A stretch of 64,000 nucleotides of DNA, from the NCBI GenBank assembly GCA_964016885.1, contig OZ024742.1, forward strand, positions 105,090,001-105,154,000, written 5' to 3'. Positions 43,654 to 56,960 of this stretch are shown piece after piece (the stretch's first letter is position 1; every line of letters starts with the position of its first letter). The notes under the pieces are model-generated. The model ran no database searches and had not been told where the DNA came from. It saw only the letters and a program-made list of their open reading frames with translations. The DNA comes from Eledone cirrhosa (Eukaryota). A program made the position numbers and the translations under genes.

Positions 43654-44211
43654 CACTTGACAGATTTCTGGAGTAAGTATTCAATTGATATTAAATAAAT
43701 GGAAACTATATTTATGGTTTTATAACTATAAATATGGTTTTATAAATATAGTTTCCATTTATTTAATATCAATTGAATTATATCAATTGATAAACTATAT
43801 ATATGTGTTTGTGTCTATATTGTATCTGTATTATTTTTGACCGTTGGTCAGTCAATGGCAACATTGAGGACCGAATAAATTAGATTACCGATATAAAAGA
43901 CACAGAAGCGGAAAGCGAAAACCAACCAAACAGTGAGTGTGTTCTGTTATTAATTCTGGCAATATTACACAAATATGACCCTCCCCAAGTATAACAATAT
44001 TTGTTTCGACACACGATTTCATATCAAAAACCTCGCAAAACTAATTCATCGCCATTATAGAATTATATATATATATATATATAATTCAATTGATATTAAA
44101 TAAATGGAAACTATATTTATAAAACCATATTTATAGTTATAAAACCATAAATATAGTTTCCATTTATTTAATATCAATTGAATACTTACTCCAGAAATCT
44201 GTCAAGTGCTT
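43651..44211. repeat. Perfect 130-bp inverted repeat (43651-43780 / 44082-44211); each arm is itself a hairpin
   Basis: Reverse complement of AAGCACTTGACAG...CAATTGAATTA matches TAATTCAATTG...CTGTCAAGTGCTT base for base. Confidence 0.93.
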
Positions 44212-44266
44212 TGAATCAGTTGTAAAACATCCATATTTGTTGGATTTCCAACAAATTAAATATCTC

Positions 44267-44598
44267 TTAGTGGTTAGAGCATTGGCCTTGCAATCGAAAG
44301 GTTGTGAGTTCAATTCTCAGACCGGGTGATGTGTTGTTTCCTTGAGCAAGAGACTTTATTTCACATTGCTCCAGTTTACTCAGCTGTAGAAATGAGATGA
44401 TAGGGAATGGGGTCTCTATCATTCCACTACAAAGTGGTCGTGGAGGTGCCACGGCAAAAAAGCACCCAGCACTCACTGTAAATGAGGTTGGTGTTAGGAA
44501 GGGCATCCAACTGTAGAAATCAAGCCAGAATCAGTTCCCGTCCCACCCTTGCAAGCAGGGAAAAGCGGACGTAAAATGAAATGATGAATGAAATGAAT
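44267..44598 (+). mobile_element. tRNA-derived SINE, family 2 (CORE-like centre, RTE-derived 3' tail)
   Basis: A-box remnant TAGTGGTTAGAGC, B-box GAGTTCAATTC, CORE-like TCCTTGAGCAAGAGACTTTATTTCAC..., tail CTTGCAAGCAGGGAAAAGCGGACGTAAAATGA; further copies at 50624 and 48498. Confidence 0.85.
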
Positions 44599-44869
44599 CA
44601 TTGTTTTCTATACTGACGTATATTGGACAACAGTATTTTGTGACTCTATTCCATAACTGGATGTCCTTCATGACACCAATTCACACTTTATTTCTGAGAA
44701 AGGTATCTTTACCACAGAACATTGTTGAACCACTAATCTGAGGAACATATCATCTATACAGTAATGTTATACAGTAATGTGAAACATTAACAAATGTCAT
44801 CACTTGCTTAACTGGAGTCATGAATACACTTACTAAGACATACATGCACTCACGCATGTAAATAGATGT

Positions 44870-44886
44870 AAATGTTTTAGTCAGTA

Positions 44887-44929
<43 letters not shown>

Positions 44930-45225
44930 ATATACTCAGACAAATACATGCATTCACACACATACACATGTGTATGTGAACGTAGATGCTTTAGTCAGTA
45001 TTTGTGTGTGTGTGTGTATTTGTGTGTGTGTGTGTGTGCATATACTCAGACAAATACATGCATTCACACACATACACATGTGTATGTGAACGTAGATGCT
45101 TTAGTCAGTATTTGTGTGTGTGTGTGTGTATTTGTGTGTGTGTGTGTGTGCATATACTCAGACAAATACATGCATTCACACACATACACATGTGTATGTG
45201 AACGTAGATGCTTTAGTCATTATTT
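44870..45225. repeat. Minisatellite of ~110-bp units (about 3 copies) containing variable (TG)n
   Basis: TTTAGTCAGTATTTG(TG)n GCATATACTCAGACAAATACATGCATTCACACACATACACATGTGTATGTGAACGTAGATGC repeated. Confidence 0.92.
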
Positions 45226-45478
45226 ATGTGTGTGTATATATATATATATATAGTGTGTGTGTGCATTAGTTTATTGTACAGGTATGTATGTAAATGTGTG
45301 TCTATGTGGGTGTGTTAAGGTCAGTTGACACATATACAATAACTTAATCTGTTTACTGAATCTTCACTGTTATGGTTTTAACGATGAATTGCAAGGTTTC
45401 ATTTCTCTAGGTTCGTATGTAGGTGTGTCTCTACAAGCTGTGTGTGGGTGTATATGTCTCTGTTTTTATATAAATATT

Positions 45479-45479
<1 letters not shown>

Positions 45480-45560
<81 letters not shown>

Positions 45561-45585
45561 GAGAGAGAGAGGGAGAGAGAGAGAT
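45480..45585. repeat. (TG)(TA)n(GA)n compound microsatellite
   Basis: Direct inspection. Confidence 0.95.
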
Positions 45586-46002
45586 CTTTTAAATTTTTTA
45601 TATCAGTATTTATGTGTCTGTACATGTGAATATGCTTTTTGTAGGTATATGTATTTCTGTGTAGGTGTGTGTATATATATTTATATACATATGTGTGTGT
45701 ATGTGTATGTATATATAGTTGTTTGTTTTTTTGTTTTTTTGTATGTAAGCAGTGTAATATATTTCTATGCATGTGAGAGGAAGAGACTTATTTCTGTACT
45801 TGTTTGCATGTCTCTGCATGTGTAATAAATTGACACACAATCAGACCATGTAGTCAAATGCTGAACTTTTGAAAAGTCCTCATTTTAACTGACCCATTCA
45901 CATGACTGTTTTCCTTTATCATTGTCTGAAAACACCAGATTTCCAAGGTTAATACTTAATCCTTTAGGCATATGTAGATACATATGTATATGTATACATA
46001 TG

Positions 46003-46039
<37 letters not shown>

Positions 46040-47059
46040 CAAATAAGAGTAAAGACAGGATTATTTCACCACAATTGCTTTATTGCTTCATATATATTTC
46101 TGTTACATGGTTATGCATGTGACTTCATCAGATGTTTATGCAATCATAGGTGTAGTTATGCTATCATTGGGATACGCTGTTGGCTTTATATAACCATATA
46201 TGTATCATTGGTGTGGAGTGGGGTTTGAAGACCATGGGGATTACCTTTTTTTCTCTGACCTACCAAGTAAAACAATAAAAGTATTTGTGTGTGTGTACGT
46301 ATATCATCCTCATCATTGCTAGTGCAGGGCCTTGGATAAACAGTCATTAGAATAAAGGTGGCTAGTGATCAGAATGGGGATATATGATATATCACAGGCC
46401 TTCTGCTCAGTATACTCCTACTGGTCTCCAATTACAGTATTGTCTGCTACCCTCTCATCTGTCACTCTCTATCTCAATCAGTCTACTAGACAAAATAACA
46501 AGGGATGGCATCTTACCTGTTTTTAATGTCTCTGCTATCACCCATTACTAATACCACACATTATCTTAATCATTCTACCTCTTTCTTACCACCATTCTTC
46601 TATCACTATACTTAATTTCTGATTTGTCTATATTCAGTACCTTCACCCTCTACCACTATCCATCATTCTGTCTTCTCTATGAGCATCTTGACTGACATAT
46701 ACCACTTTCATATACCCTTCCACTTCTCTGCTGCTATCCATCAATTACTCATATATTTCACACTATGACATATCCTTATTGCTATCCCATCATATTGTTC
46801 ATGATGTCTCTTAATCTTCAACCAACAATTATGTAGCTACCTCTGCCCAGCCTTTCTCCACTAACCTATTATTCATGTTCACATTTGTACTCCTTCAATT
46901 TCACACATTTGACCATGTTTGACTTGAAAGAACAGGAGTTATGTAGAATGAAGAGAACTTTGAAGTCTTCCAGAGAACAAAGCTACTACTAGTGTCCATG
47001 CCATAATAAAATGCACTCAGTACACTTTGTTAGCAAGGAAAACAGATGGTTATATCATC

Positions 47060-47370
47060 TTGAATAGTTTATTGGTGCTGAGAAAAAAAATGGATATAAG
47101 AGAAAACAGATGTGGTGTGCAAGAGAAAAGACTGTGTTGGTATGGGCATGTGATGCATACAGACGAATATGACTGAGTGAAGAAGTACCAGGAGCTCCCA
47201 GTGAAAGGAAGAATGAGGAAAGCCTGGGTTAAGAAGATTAGAGCTGATCTCAAAAGACAGTCAAACAGAGGAAATGAATAAGAAACACAAGTGAAGGCAG
47301 GTTGTGCTGGAGAGGACCTGTCCAACTCATTCAAACATGGAAAAGCAGATGTAAAGTGTTGATGATTACT
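47060..47370 (+). mobile_element. Degenerate RTE family A 3' fragment
   Basis: ...GTGCAAGAGAAAAGACTGTGTTGGTATGGGCATGTGATG (RL.WYGHVM)...CATGGAAAAGCAGATGTAAAGTGTTGATGAT. Confidence 0.7.
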
Positions 47371-47451
47371 GAATAAGAAAGGCCACTGATGAAGACTGGC
47401 AAATACTGTAGAATGTAGTACTAAATCAGACTATAAGAACCTCTATTGATT

Positions 47452-47650
47452 TTAATTTCAGTACAAGACCAACAACTTTGGGAGAAGAGCAAATTTGATT
47501 AAATTAACCCCAGTACTTGACTGATACTTTATTTCATCAACCTAAGAAGGACGAAAAATAAGGGTGATCTCAGTAGGATTTGATATCAGAATGTAAAGAG
47601 CTGGAACAAATATGCAATAGCATTTTATCCAAAGCTCTAACATTTCAACA
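47452..47650 (-). mobile_element. Degenerate family 1-related SINE (longer subfamily)
   Basis: AACCCCAGTACTTGACTGATACTTTATTTCATC...AAGGACGAAA...GGATTTGA matches 61700-61905. Confidence 0.7.
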
Positions 47651-47669
47651 ATTTGTTCATGTAAATATT

Positions 47670-48100
47670 TCCAATTTAGGAATCAGAACAACACATTTGG
47701 GATGAGAAAAAATTCATTAACCTTTTAGCATTTAAACTGGCCATATCCAGCTAGAACTCTCTCACTTCTTTCTATTCAAACCGGCTGTAACTGGTCACTC
47801 ATACTGATATTAAGATGTTGTTAAATAAATAAATAATACCAAAATCTTAAAGATTCGATATTATGTTAGATAATCATGTGAAATAAAGTGTTTACCATGA
47901 AAATATAATTGTAAATATTAAGTAATGTAATTGCTAAAAGGTTAAATTAACCACAATACATAACTAGTGCTTATTTTAGACATCAGAAGGATGAAAAGCA
48001 AATTTGACCATGGCAGGATTTGAACTCAGAACATAAAAAACTTGAAGAGATACTACTAATCATTTGTCTAACACTCTAACGAGTTTACCAATCCACCATC
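47670..48100 (-). mobile_element. Degenerate family 1-related SINE split by a MITE
   Basis: SINE tail at 47670-47720 resumes after 47945 (AGAAGGATGAAAAGCAAATTTGACCATGGCAGGATTTGAACTCAGAAC). Confidence 0.65.
47721..47941. mobile_element. TTAA-flanked MITE (piggyBac-type), 221 bp, nested in a SINE
   Basis: TTAA|CCTTTTAGCA ... TGCTAAAAGG|TTAA; internal homology to the reverse complement of 39385-39460. Confidence 0.82.
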
Positions 48101-48497
48101 TTATGCAAGTTAAATAAATCAGTCTATATAAGAACCTATATTGAGAACAAGATATGAATGTATTACAAACAAATAAGAGTCAGAATAGTCAAACTATGTA
48201 CTGATGTTTTTGTTTGTTTCATTTTTGTTTTCTTTTTTCAAAAAAATATTCTAGTCTGGTGATAAATGATAAATGGTCACAACACAGTTTTCATAATCCT
48301 CACCTGCTAGACAATAACTGCTACTAACAATTTGATACAGAAAACAACAGCAGGAAGGTCTTCAAATGTCAATGAACTAAGAAAATATATTCTTCCAATC
48401 AGTGTATATATATATGTGTGTGTGTATATATATATACACACACACAAACACGCATATATATATATATATATATATATATTTAAAAGCAATGTGTGTG

Positions 48498-48621
48498 TCA
48501 TCATCATCATCATCATCATTTTACGTCCGCTTTTCCCTGCTTGCAAGGGTCGGACGAGAACTAATTCTGGCTTGATTTCTACAGCTGGATGCCCTTCCTA
48601 ACACCAACCTCATTTACAGTG
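48498..48621 (-). mobile_element. 5'-truncated family 2 SINE
   Basis: (CAT)n TTTACGTCCGCTTTTCCCTGCTTGCAAGGGT...GGATGCCCTTCCTAACACCAACCTCATTTACAGTG is the reverse complement of 44473-44590. Confidence 0.88.
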
Positions 48622-48800
48622 TGTATATGTGTATATGTGTGAGTGTATATGTGTATATATATATATATATGTGTGTATATATATATATGTGTGTATATAT
48701 ATATACACATATATACACACACATTTATATATACACACATATACACACACATATATACATATATACACACATATACACACACACATATATACACACATAT

Positions 48801-48845
<45 letters not shown>

Positions 48846-48855
48846 CATACATATA
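48622..48855. repeat. Compound TA/TG/CA microsatellite
   Basis: Direct inspection. Confidence 0.9.
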
Positions 48856-49489
48856 GCTATATTTGGGGAGAGCCATGTCCTAATCTTGCCAGAAAAAAAT
48901 AGTAAAACACACTCACTGTTTGGTTTTCACTTCAGTATATTTTTATATTTCTATAAATAATTTAGCTGGCAATCAATGTTTTTCATTGATTGACCAACAA
49001 TTAAAAATATAGATATAAATATAGTTTTTCAAAGTTCTTTCATCACACATATCTGTGACAACTTCAGTGATTATCATGTTTCCATGTTTCCTCCCATTGT
49101 GTTTCTATAATGTTTGTTTTTTTGTCTCTGTTTGCACATGTGTTTGTGTGTGTGTATTCTGTTTGTGTGTGTGCTCATGTTTTAGTGTCTGAGTCTGTGT
49201 GTGTTTATGTGTTTATATTCTACCTTTGGTCACTAGAGTGTGTTTGTATGCATCTGTGTATATTTATATTCTATCTTTGATCACTAATGTGTGTTTGTGT
49301 ATGGTTGTTGTTATTCCATTCATGTTTTCTTAATTCTATTTCTGTAACCTCACTAATTTGTCTAATTGTCAAGTCATTCCCATGCTTAGATATAACTTTA
49401 ATTTCTATATTGTCTATTTTACCATTATGTCTTACTCTGGCATGTTCATACAGTACTGAATTGTCTTTTTGCCCTTTTAGTTCATTCCA

Positions 49490-50110
49490 GAAGAGTATGG
49501 TGTATTCTTCAATTATTGGTGGTTCTGACAAGAATTCTTTCCCATACGAAACCATGGCAGGAAGATCTATATATCAGCGAGTTTAGATAGAATATTTCTT
49601 TTTGTCTATCTTGTTTGTAGTCCAATAAATAGTTTATTCTCACTTAATTTTAACATATAATATTGCTTCTCTGAAAGATTTCTCTCATTGAGATATTTAA
49701 ATATTAGAGACTAATTAACCTTTAATTAATATTAAACTACTCCTTAATTTGTCAAGTTGTACCAGACAGTCTTTTGGCTACTATTTCTAGCGACATTATA
49801 AGTCTGTGACATAGTCCTAATATGCTAGGGGATTTTTTATCACATAACAGTACGTGAGTTTTTATCCCAATATGCTGCCTCGGCAAATAGAACAGTATGT
49901 ATTATATCTTGTTCAATTTCTCTTAGATTTTGAAGAATTAAACTCTCCTGAAGAGTATGGCATATTCTTCAATTATTGGTGAATCCAATAAGAATTCTTC
50001 CCCATATGAAACCATGGTAGGGAGAGCTATATATCAGCAAGTTTAGATAGAATATTTTTTTGTCTATCTTGTTTGTAATCCAATAAATTTGTTCTCAATT
50101 TTAATATATA
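49490..50110. repeat. Diverged ~165-bp direct repeat (49490-49660 and 49951-50110)
   Basis: AAGAGTATGG..TATTCTTCAATTATTGGTG...GAAACCATGG...GTTTAGATAGAATATTT...GTCTATCTTGTTTGTA.TCCAATAAAT present twice, ~460 bp apart. Confidence 0.85.
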
Positions 50111-50160
50111 TATCTGTGTGTGTGTGCGTGTGTGTATGTGTATATATATTTACATATGTA

Positions 50161-50623
<463 letters not shown>

Positions 50624-50928
50624 ATTGGTCTTGCAACTGAAACGTTGTGAGTTCAATTCTCAGACCGGGTGATGTGTTGTTTCCTTGAGCAAGACACTTT
50701 ATTTCACATTGCTCCAGTTTACTCAGCTGTAGAAATGAGATGATAGGGACTGGGGTCCCTATCATTCCACTGCAAAGTGGTCGTGGAGGTGCCACGGCAA
50801 AAAAGCACCCAGCACTCACTGTAAATGAGGTTGGAAGGGCATCCAGCTGTAGAAATCAACCCAGAATCAGTTCCCGTCCCACCCTTGCAATCAGGGAAAA
50901 GCGGACGTAAAATGATGATGATGATGAT
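50624..50928 (+). mobile_element. Family 2 SINE, slightly 5'-truncated
   Basis: High identity to 44280-44590; (ATG)n tail. Confidence 0.88.
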
Positions 50929-50939
50929 ATGTATATATA

Positions 50940-53900
50940 TCATCATCATCACCTTCGTTTAACGTCCACTTTCCACGCTAGCATGTGTTAGACGGGAGTT
51001 GTCTCACTTGAGGCAAGGTTGGTCGGGTGACCATGTCTCGCTCATATAGGACTATCTGGCAGGTTTTCTACGGCTGGATGCCCTTCCTAACACCAACCAC
51101 ATTTACAGTGTGGAACTGGGAACTTTTTACCGTGTTACCTACACGACCACATTACAGTGTGGACTGTGTGTGTTTTTTTCTCGTGACACCTACACGATCT
51201 CGATCTCATTTATCTCATTTATTTGGACTGGATGTTGTGGTACCAACTTTATAGAGAGAGGGTGGTGTTGGTGGGAGTGGGAGGATAGGGTAGGGGTAGT
51301 GGATTGGGTGTATATTTGGTTAAGAGGTGCCTACTGACTGTAGGTTTCGCTTTGTACATAGGCAAGGCGGGTCTTCTGTATTACTGTGTAGCACCAAAGA
51401 TCTCGGTCCAGTGACTTTGTCTTAGAGAGGTGCAAGTGTGTAAGGTTGGAATTTATCAGATCGCCCCAGGTTTTTCTGGGCCTACCTACTCCGTAACTAC
51501 CATCAATTTTGATCGCCCTACACTTTTTTATACAGCTGTCGTCTTTCATGCGCATCATGTGGCCATACCAATGTAGTCTTCTCTCCAGTAAACAGCATCT
51601 GATCCCTCTTATTCCTAATTTCTCACTTAGTTCATTTATGCTTTGCCGTTCGCGTATATTACTATTACACATCCAACGGAGCATGCATGCTTCGTTCCTT
51701 TCCAGTCTACGCAGGTCCTCTGCACACAATGCCCATGTCTCACTGCCATGTATCATTGCTGTTCGTATACAAACATCATACAATCTGCTTTTCCTTTTTA
51801 GAGAGAAACCTTTTGTGGCCAACAGCAGTATAAGCTCTCTGAACTTGTTCCATCCCGTTCTGACTCTGGCTACTGTACTAACACCCTCCACCACTGCTGA
51901 TTTCATCACCCAGGTAACGGAAAGTGTCTACTATTTCTATAGAACCATCTGGGCAATAGAAGGGGCTAGTATCCTGTGGACACTCGCTACCTATTGCACC
52001 TGAGCATCTGCTACATATAAAGTCTACGTTCTTAGATAGTTTACCTGTGTCCCACTACATCTTTTATGTACCCATACCGTGCATTTGGGACATAAAATTG
52101 AATTTCTGCCTACTCCTTTCCTACACACTGAGCAAGGCCATTTCCCTGAGAGTACCTGTGCCTTATTTTCCTTTCTACAAACTAGGACTTTAGTCTTAGA
52201 CAAGTTAACTTTAAGGCCTTTTGATTCTAGGCCATGCTTCCATGTTTGGAATTTCTTTTCTAGTTCAGCCATTGATTCAGCTATGAACGTTAGATCATCT
52301 GCATATAGGAGTTCCCATGGGCAGCCGGTCTTGAACTCCTCTGTTATAGGCTGAAGGGCAATAATAAATAGAAGGAGCTAAGGACAGAGCCTTGGTGAAC
52401 ACCAACTTTTACACTAAATTCTTCACAATATTCATTGTTAATTCTAACCTTACTGACTGTTTCATTATACATAGCTTGTATAGCTCTCACAAGCCATTCA
52501 TCTACACCTAGTTTTCTAAGAGCCCACCAGATAATGGAGCTTTTTCCAGGTCTACAAAAGCTAAGTAGAGGGGTTTACTTTTAGCTAGGTACTTCTCTTG
52601 TAGTTGTACAAGGAAAAGAGCGTCTGTGGTAGTTTTACCTGACACAAACCCAAACTGCATTTCATCTAGATCAATTCGTTCTCTGATTAGTTGCGCTATA
52701 ACTCTTTCTGTGACCTTCATGACCTGGTCAACTAACTTAATGCCTCTATAGTTTCCTCTATCTAGAGCATCTCCTTTACCCTTGTAGCAGTTAATGATGA
52801 TACTGCTACGCCAGTCTTTTGGTATGACCCCTTTCTGTATTACTTGGTTAACTATACGGGTGACCATAGTATGTCCCACCATTCCAGATGCCTTCAACAT
52901 CTCAGCAACTATCTCTGAAGGCCCAGCTGCCTTGCCTGTCTTCATATCTTTGATTGCCTTACTTATTATACTGCCTTTAACTTGCACTGTTGGTCCTTCT
53001 ATTGGATGGATTTAGGGCAGACTATCTTTTTCTCACTTATTCTCCTCATTTAATAGTCTCTTGTAGTGACACTTCCAGGCTATCTTCTTATCAGGATCAG
53101 TGAGGGCAAGTTCACCGTTATCATTACAGACACACTTCTCCCCGACAATATCACGGTTTTCCTTGACACATTGTCTAGCAATCCTGAACACCTCGCGTTT
53201 TTGGTCCTCACGTTGTAGAACATGCTTGAACTTTCTATCCTCTGCTTCCCTTTTTGCAAGGTACACTTGTCTCCTAGCTTTTCTCCTGGCCACTTGATAG
53301 TGCTCGCTACTTCTCCCATCCTGCCATACTTTCCAAGCCTACTTTTTGGCCTTGATTGTCTCTTCTACCTTACTGTTCCACCACCATGTTACTCTCCTCC
53401 TGCCAATAGGTCTGCTCCGGCCACAGATTTCATCCGTTGCTTTCAGCAGGTTCACTTTCAAGAATTGCCACTGTTCCTCTATATTGCACGTCTCTAATTG
53501 CTCTTCCTTATTGTCAAAGGCATCAAGTAATAAGCTTTTAAATTTGTCACTGGCTATGGGGTCCTTCAACTTCCATATTCTTCTCCTCAAGATAGGCCTC
53601 CTCTGTCGTCGAGTACGTCTATTTCTGACTGTGAGGTCACTAACTACTAGGCTATGTTGGGAGGTGCATTCTTCATGGGGGAGGGATTTAGTGTTTACGA
53701 CAGACACTCTATCACGTCTTCTAGTAAGGATATAATCTATCTGGCTGGCGTGTTCCCCTGATCTATTGGTGATCAAGTGGTTTTCACGTTTTTTTTAAAT
53801 TTGTGATACAGATAGTTAGGTTATTGGCGTGACAGAATTCCAAGATTCTGAAGCCTTCCTCATTTCTTTTTCCAACCCCATAGCCTCCATGTATTCCATC

Positions 53901-54067
53901 ATAGCCATCACTATGTTGTCCAATGTGACCATTTAGATCGCCAGCAATAATTAGGTAGTCACTGTCGGTTATTTGGGAGGTAGTGTGCATTAGCGTCTCA
54001 TAGAACCTGTCCTTTATAATGTCAAGTAGACCAGATTGGGGTGCATAAGCAGATATTATTGTCACAG

Positions 54068-54072
<5 letters not shown>
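50940..54072 (-). mobile_element. RTE-clade LINE (family B), ~3.1 kb, 5'-truncated within the endonuclease; frameshifted APE-RT ORF, 3'UTR and (ATG)n tail
   Basis: ORF pieces: ISAYAPQSG...AGDLNGHIG, SQIDYIL...SQHSLV (APE); GKAAGP, YKGKGDALDRGNYRGIKL, QFGF, AFVDLEKA, PWELLYADDL, GLKVNLSKTK, FRYLG (RT); RRLHWYGH, GRPRKTW (RTE C-terminus). Confidence 0.96.
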
Positions 54073-54128
<56 letters not shown>

Positions 54129-54176
54129 CATATATGTATATAAATATATACATATATATAAGTATATATATATATG

Positions 54177-54226
<50 letters not shown>

Positions 54227-54337
54227 TGTATGCATATATATATACATATATATATATACATATATGTATATATATATATATATGTACATATATATATGTG
54301 TGTATGTGTGTATATATATATGTGTGTGTGTGTGTAT
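54073..54337. repeat. (TA)n-rich compound microsatellite
   Basis: Direct inspection. Confidence 0.95.
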
Positions 54338-54499
54338 AAAACAGCATGTGACAGCATGTACAAACAAGAATTGATTGAGGTAATTAGAAATGTAGTCCCC
54401 CCCCCCCCCCGCGGTTATAGCTATCACTTTACTTATCAAGTGGTGGTGGTTCTTGTAGCAGCAGTGTTAGTGATATTAGGATTAGTTTTGTTATGGTGG

Positions 54500-54734
54500 A
54501 CACACACACACACACACAGAGACTGACAGACACACACACACAGACTGACAGACACACACACAGAGACTGACAGACACACACACACACACACACACAGACT
54601 GACAGACACACACACACAGAGACTGACAGACACACACACACACACACACACACACAGACTGACAGACTCACACACAGAGACAGACTCACACACACACACA
54701 GACTGACAGACACACACAAAGAGACAGACAGACT

Positions 54735-54768
<34 letters not shown>

Positions 54769-56130
54769 CTGACAGACACACACAAAGAGACAGACAGACA
54801 CACACACACACACACACAGACTGACACACTCACACACAGAGACATACTCACACACACACATACACAGACTGACAGACTCACACACAGAGACAGACTCAGA
54901 CACACACACACACAGACTGACAGACTCACACACAGAGACATACTCACACACACACACACACAGACTGACAGACTCACACACAGAGACATACTCACACACA
55001 CACACACACAGACTGACAGACTCACACACAGAGACATACTCACACACACACACACAGACTGACAGACTCACACACAGAGACAGACTCAGACACACACACA
55101 CACAAACTGACAGACTCACACACAGAGACAGACTCACACACACACACAAACTGACAGACTCACACACAGAGACAGACTCACACACACACACACACACACA
55201 CACAAACTGACAGACTCACACACAGAGACAGACACACACAGACTCACACAGACTGACAGACTCACACACACACACACACACACAGACTGACAGACTCACA
55301 CACACAGACACACACACAGACAGACACACACACATACACACAGAGATAGACATACACACAGACAGACAGACACACACAAGCAGGCACACACGCACACACA
55401 TACACACATGCCGACACACACTCACCCCACACACATACACACGCCGACACACACACATATCCCACACACACCCCACACACATACACATATGCCGACAAAT
55501 ACACACCCCACACACACACACGCCGACACACACACGCGTTGACACACACACGCCGACACACACACACGTTGACACACACACGCCGACACACACACCCCAC
55601 ACACAAGCCGACACACACACCACACACACACGCCGACACACACACACCCACACACACGCCGACACACACACACACATCACACCACACACACGCCGACACA
55701 CACACACCCCACACACACACAACCCACACACACACACCACACACACACACCACACACACACACACAACCCCCCCCCCCCCCCCCCCATACACACCCCACA
55801 CACACACACACCCCACACACACATACACACCCCACACACATACACCCCACACACACACATACACACCCCACACCATAACACCCCACACACACACACCCCA
55901 CACACACATACACACCCCACACACATACACACATGCCGACACACACACACCCCACACACACACACCCCACACACACATACACACCCCACACACATACACA
56001 TATGCCGACACACACACACCCCACACACACACACGCCGACACACACACACACCCCACACACACGCCGACACACACACACCACACACACACATACACACCC
56101 ACACACTCCCCCCCCCCACACACACACACC
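54500..56130. repeat. (CA)n-based compound mini/microsatellite with GACTGACAGA, GCCGA and CCCC interruptions
   Basis: Direct inspection; the interrupting motif changes along the tract. Confidence 0.95.
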
Positions 56131-56210
56131 CATCCCAATAAATTATCAATCTTATGTCCTCCAGCTTATCCAACAGTTCCTAACAAATGGCTGTAGATAT
56201 ACTTGTGGCG

Positions 56211-56297
56211 GTGGGGGGGGGGGGGGGGTGTGTGTACACCTACATATATTGAGGTGTGTGTGTGTACACGTACATATATTGAGGTGTGTGTGTGTGT

Positions 56298-56333
<36 letters not shown>

Positions 56334-56465
56334 ACCTACATATATTGAGGTGTGTGTGTGTGTGTGTGTGTGTGTACACCTACATATATTGAGGTGTGTG
56401 TGTATGTGTGTGTATGTGTGTGTGTGTGTGTACACCTACATATATTGAGGTGTGTGTGTGTGTGT

Positions 56466-56507
<42 letters not shown>

Positions 56508-56655
56508 ACGTACATATATTGAGGTGTGTGCGTGTATGTGTGTGTGTACACGTACATATATTGAGGTGTGTGTGTGTATGTATGTGTGTGTGTGTGTACA
56601 CGTACATATATTGAGGTGTGTGCGTGTATGTGTGTGTGTACACGTACATATATTG

Positions 56656-56701
<46 letters not shown>

Positions 56702-56960
56702 ACACTTACATATATTGAGGTGTGTGTATGAGTGTTTGTGTACACGTACCTATATTGAGGTGAGTGTGTGTGTGTGTGTACACGTACATATATTGAGGTG
56801 TGTGTGTGCGTGTACACGTACCTATATTGAGGTGTGTGTGTGTGTGCGTATACACGTACATATATTGAGGTGTGTGTGTGTGTACATATTGATATGTAGA
56901 TGACTATTGTGTGTGTGTACATATTGATATGTAGATGACTATTGTGTGTATGTATGTGTG
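56211..56960. repeat. Minisatellite: TACAC[G/C]TACATATATTGAGG alternating with variable (TG)n
   Basis: More than a dozen copies of the constant ~19-bp core separated by TG runs of different length. Confidence 0.93.

Noticed and set aside
43990-44056. Hammerhead in the spacer of the 130-bp inverted repeat (GAAACAAATATTGTT on the minus strand)
   Set aside because: No CUGANGA core (GCGATGA instead) and no convincing stem I or stem II
44267-44325. tRNA gene
   Set aside because: A- and B-box-like motifs are present, but there is no full cloverleaf and the sequence continues into a repeated SINE body
48305-48376. Minus-strand exon with TTTTCTTAG acceptor and CAG|GTGAGG donor
   Set aside because: All three frames contain stops and there is no independent support
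51509-53735. Plus-strand ORFs of 65-164 aa
   Set aside because: Antisense shadows of the LINE ORF with no independent motifs
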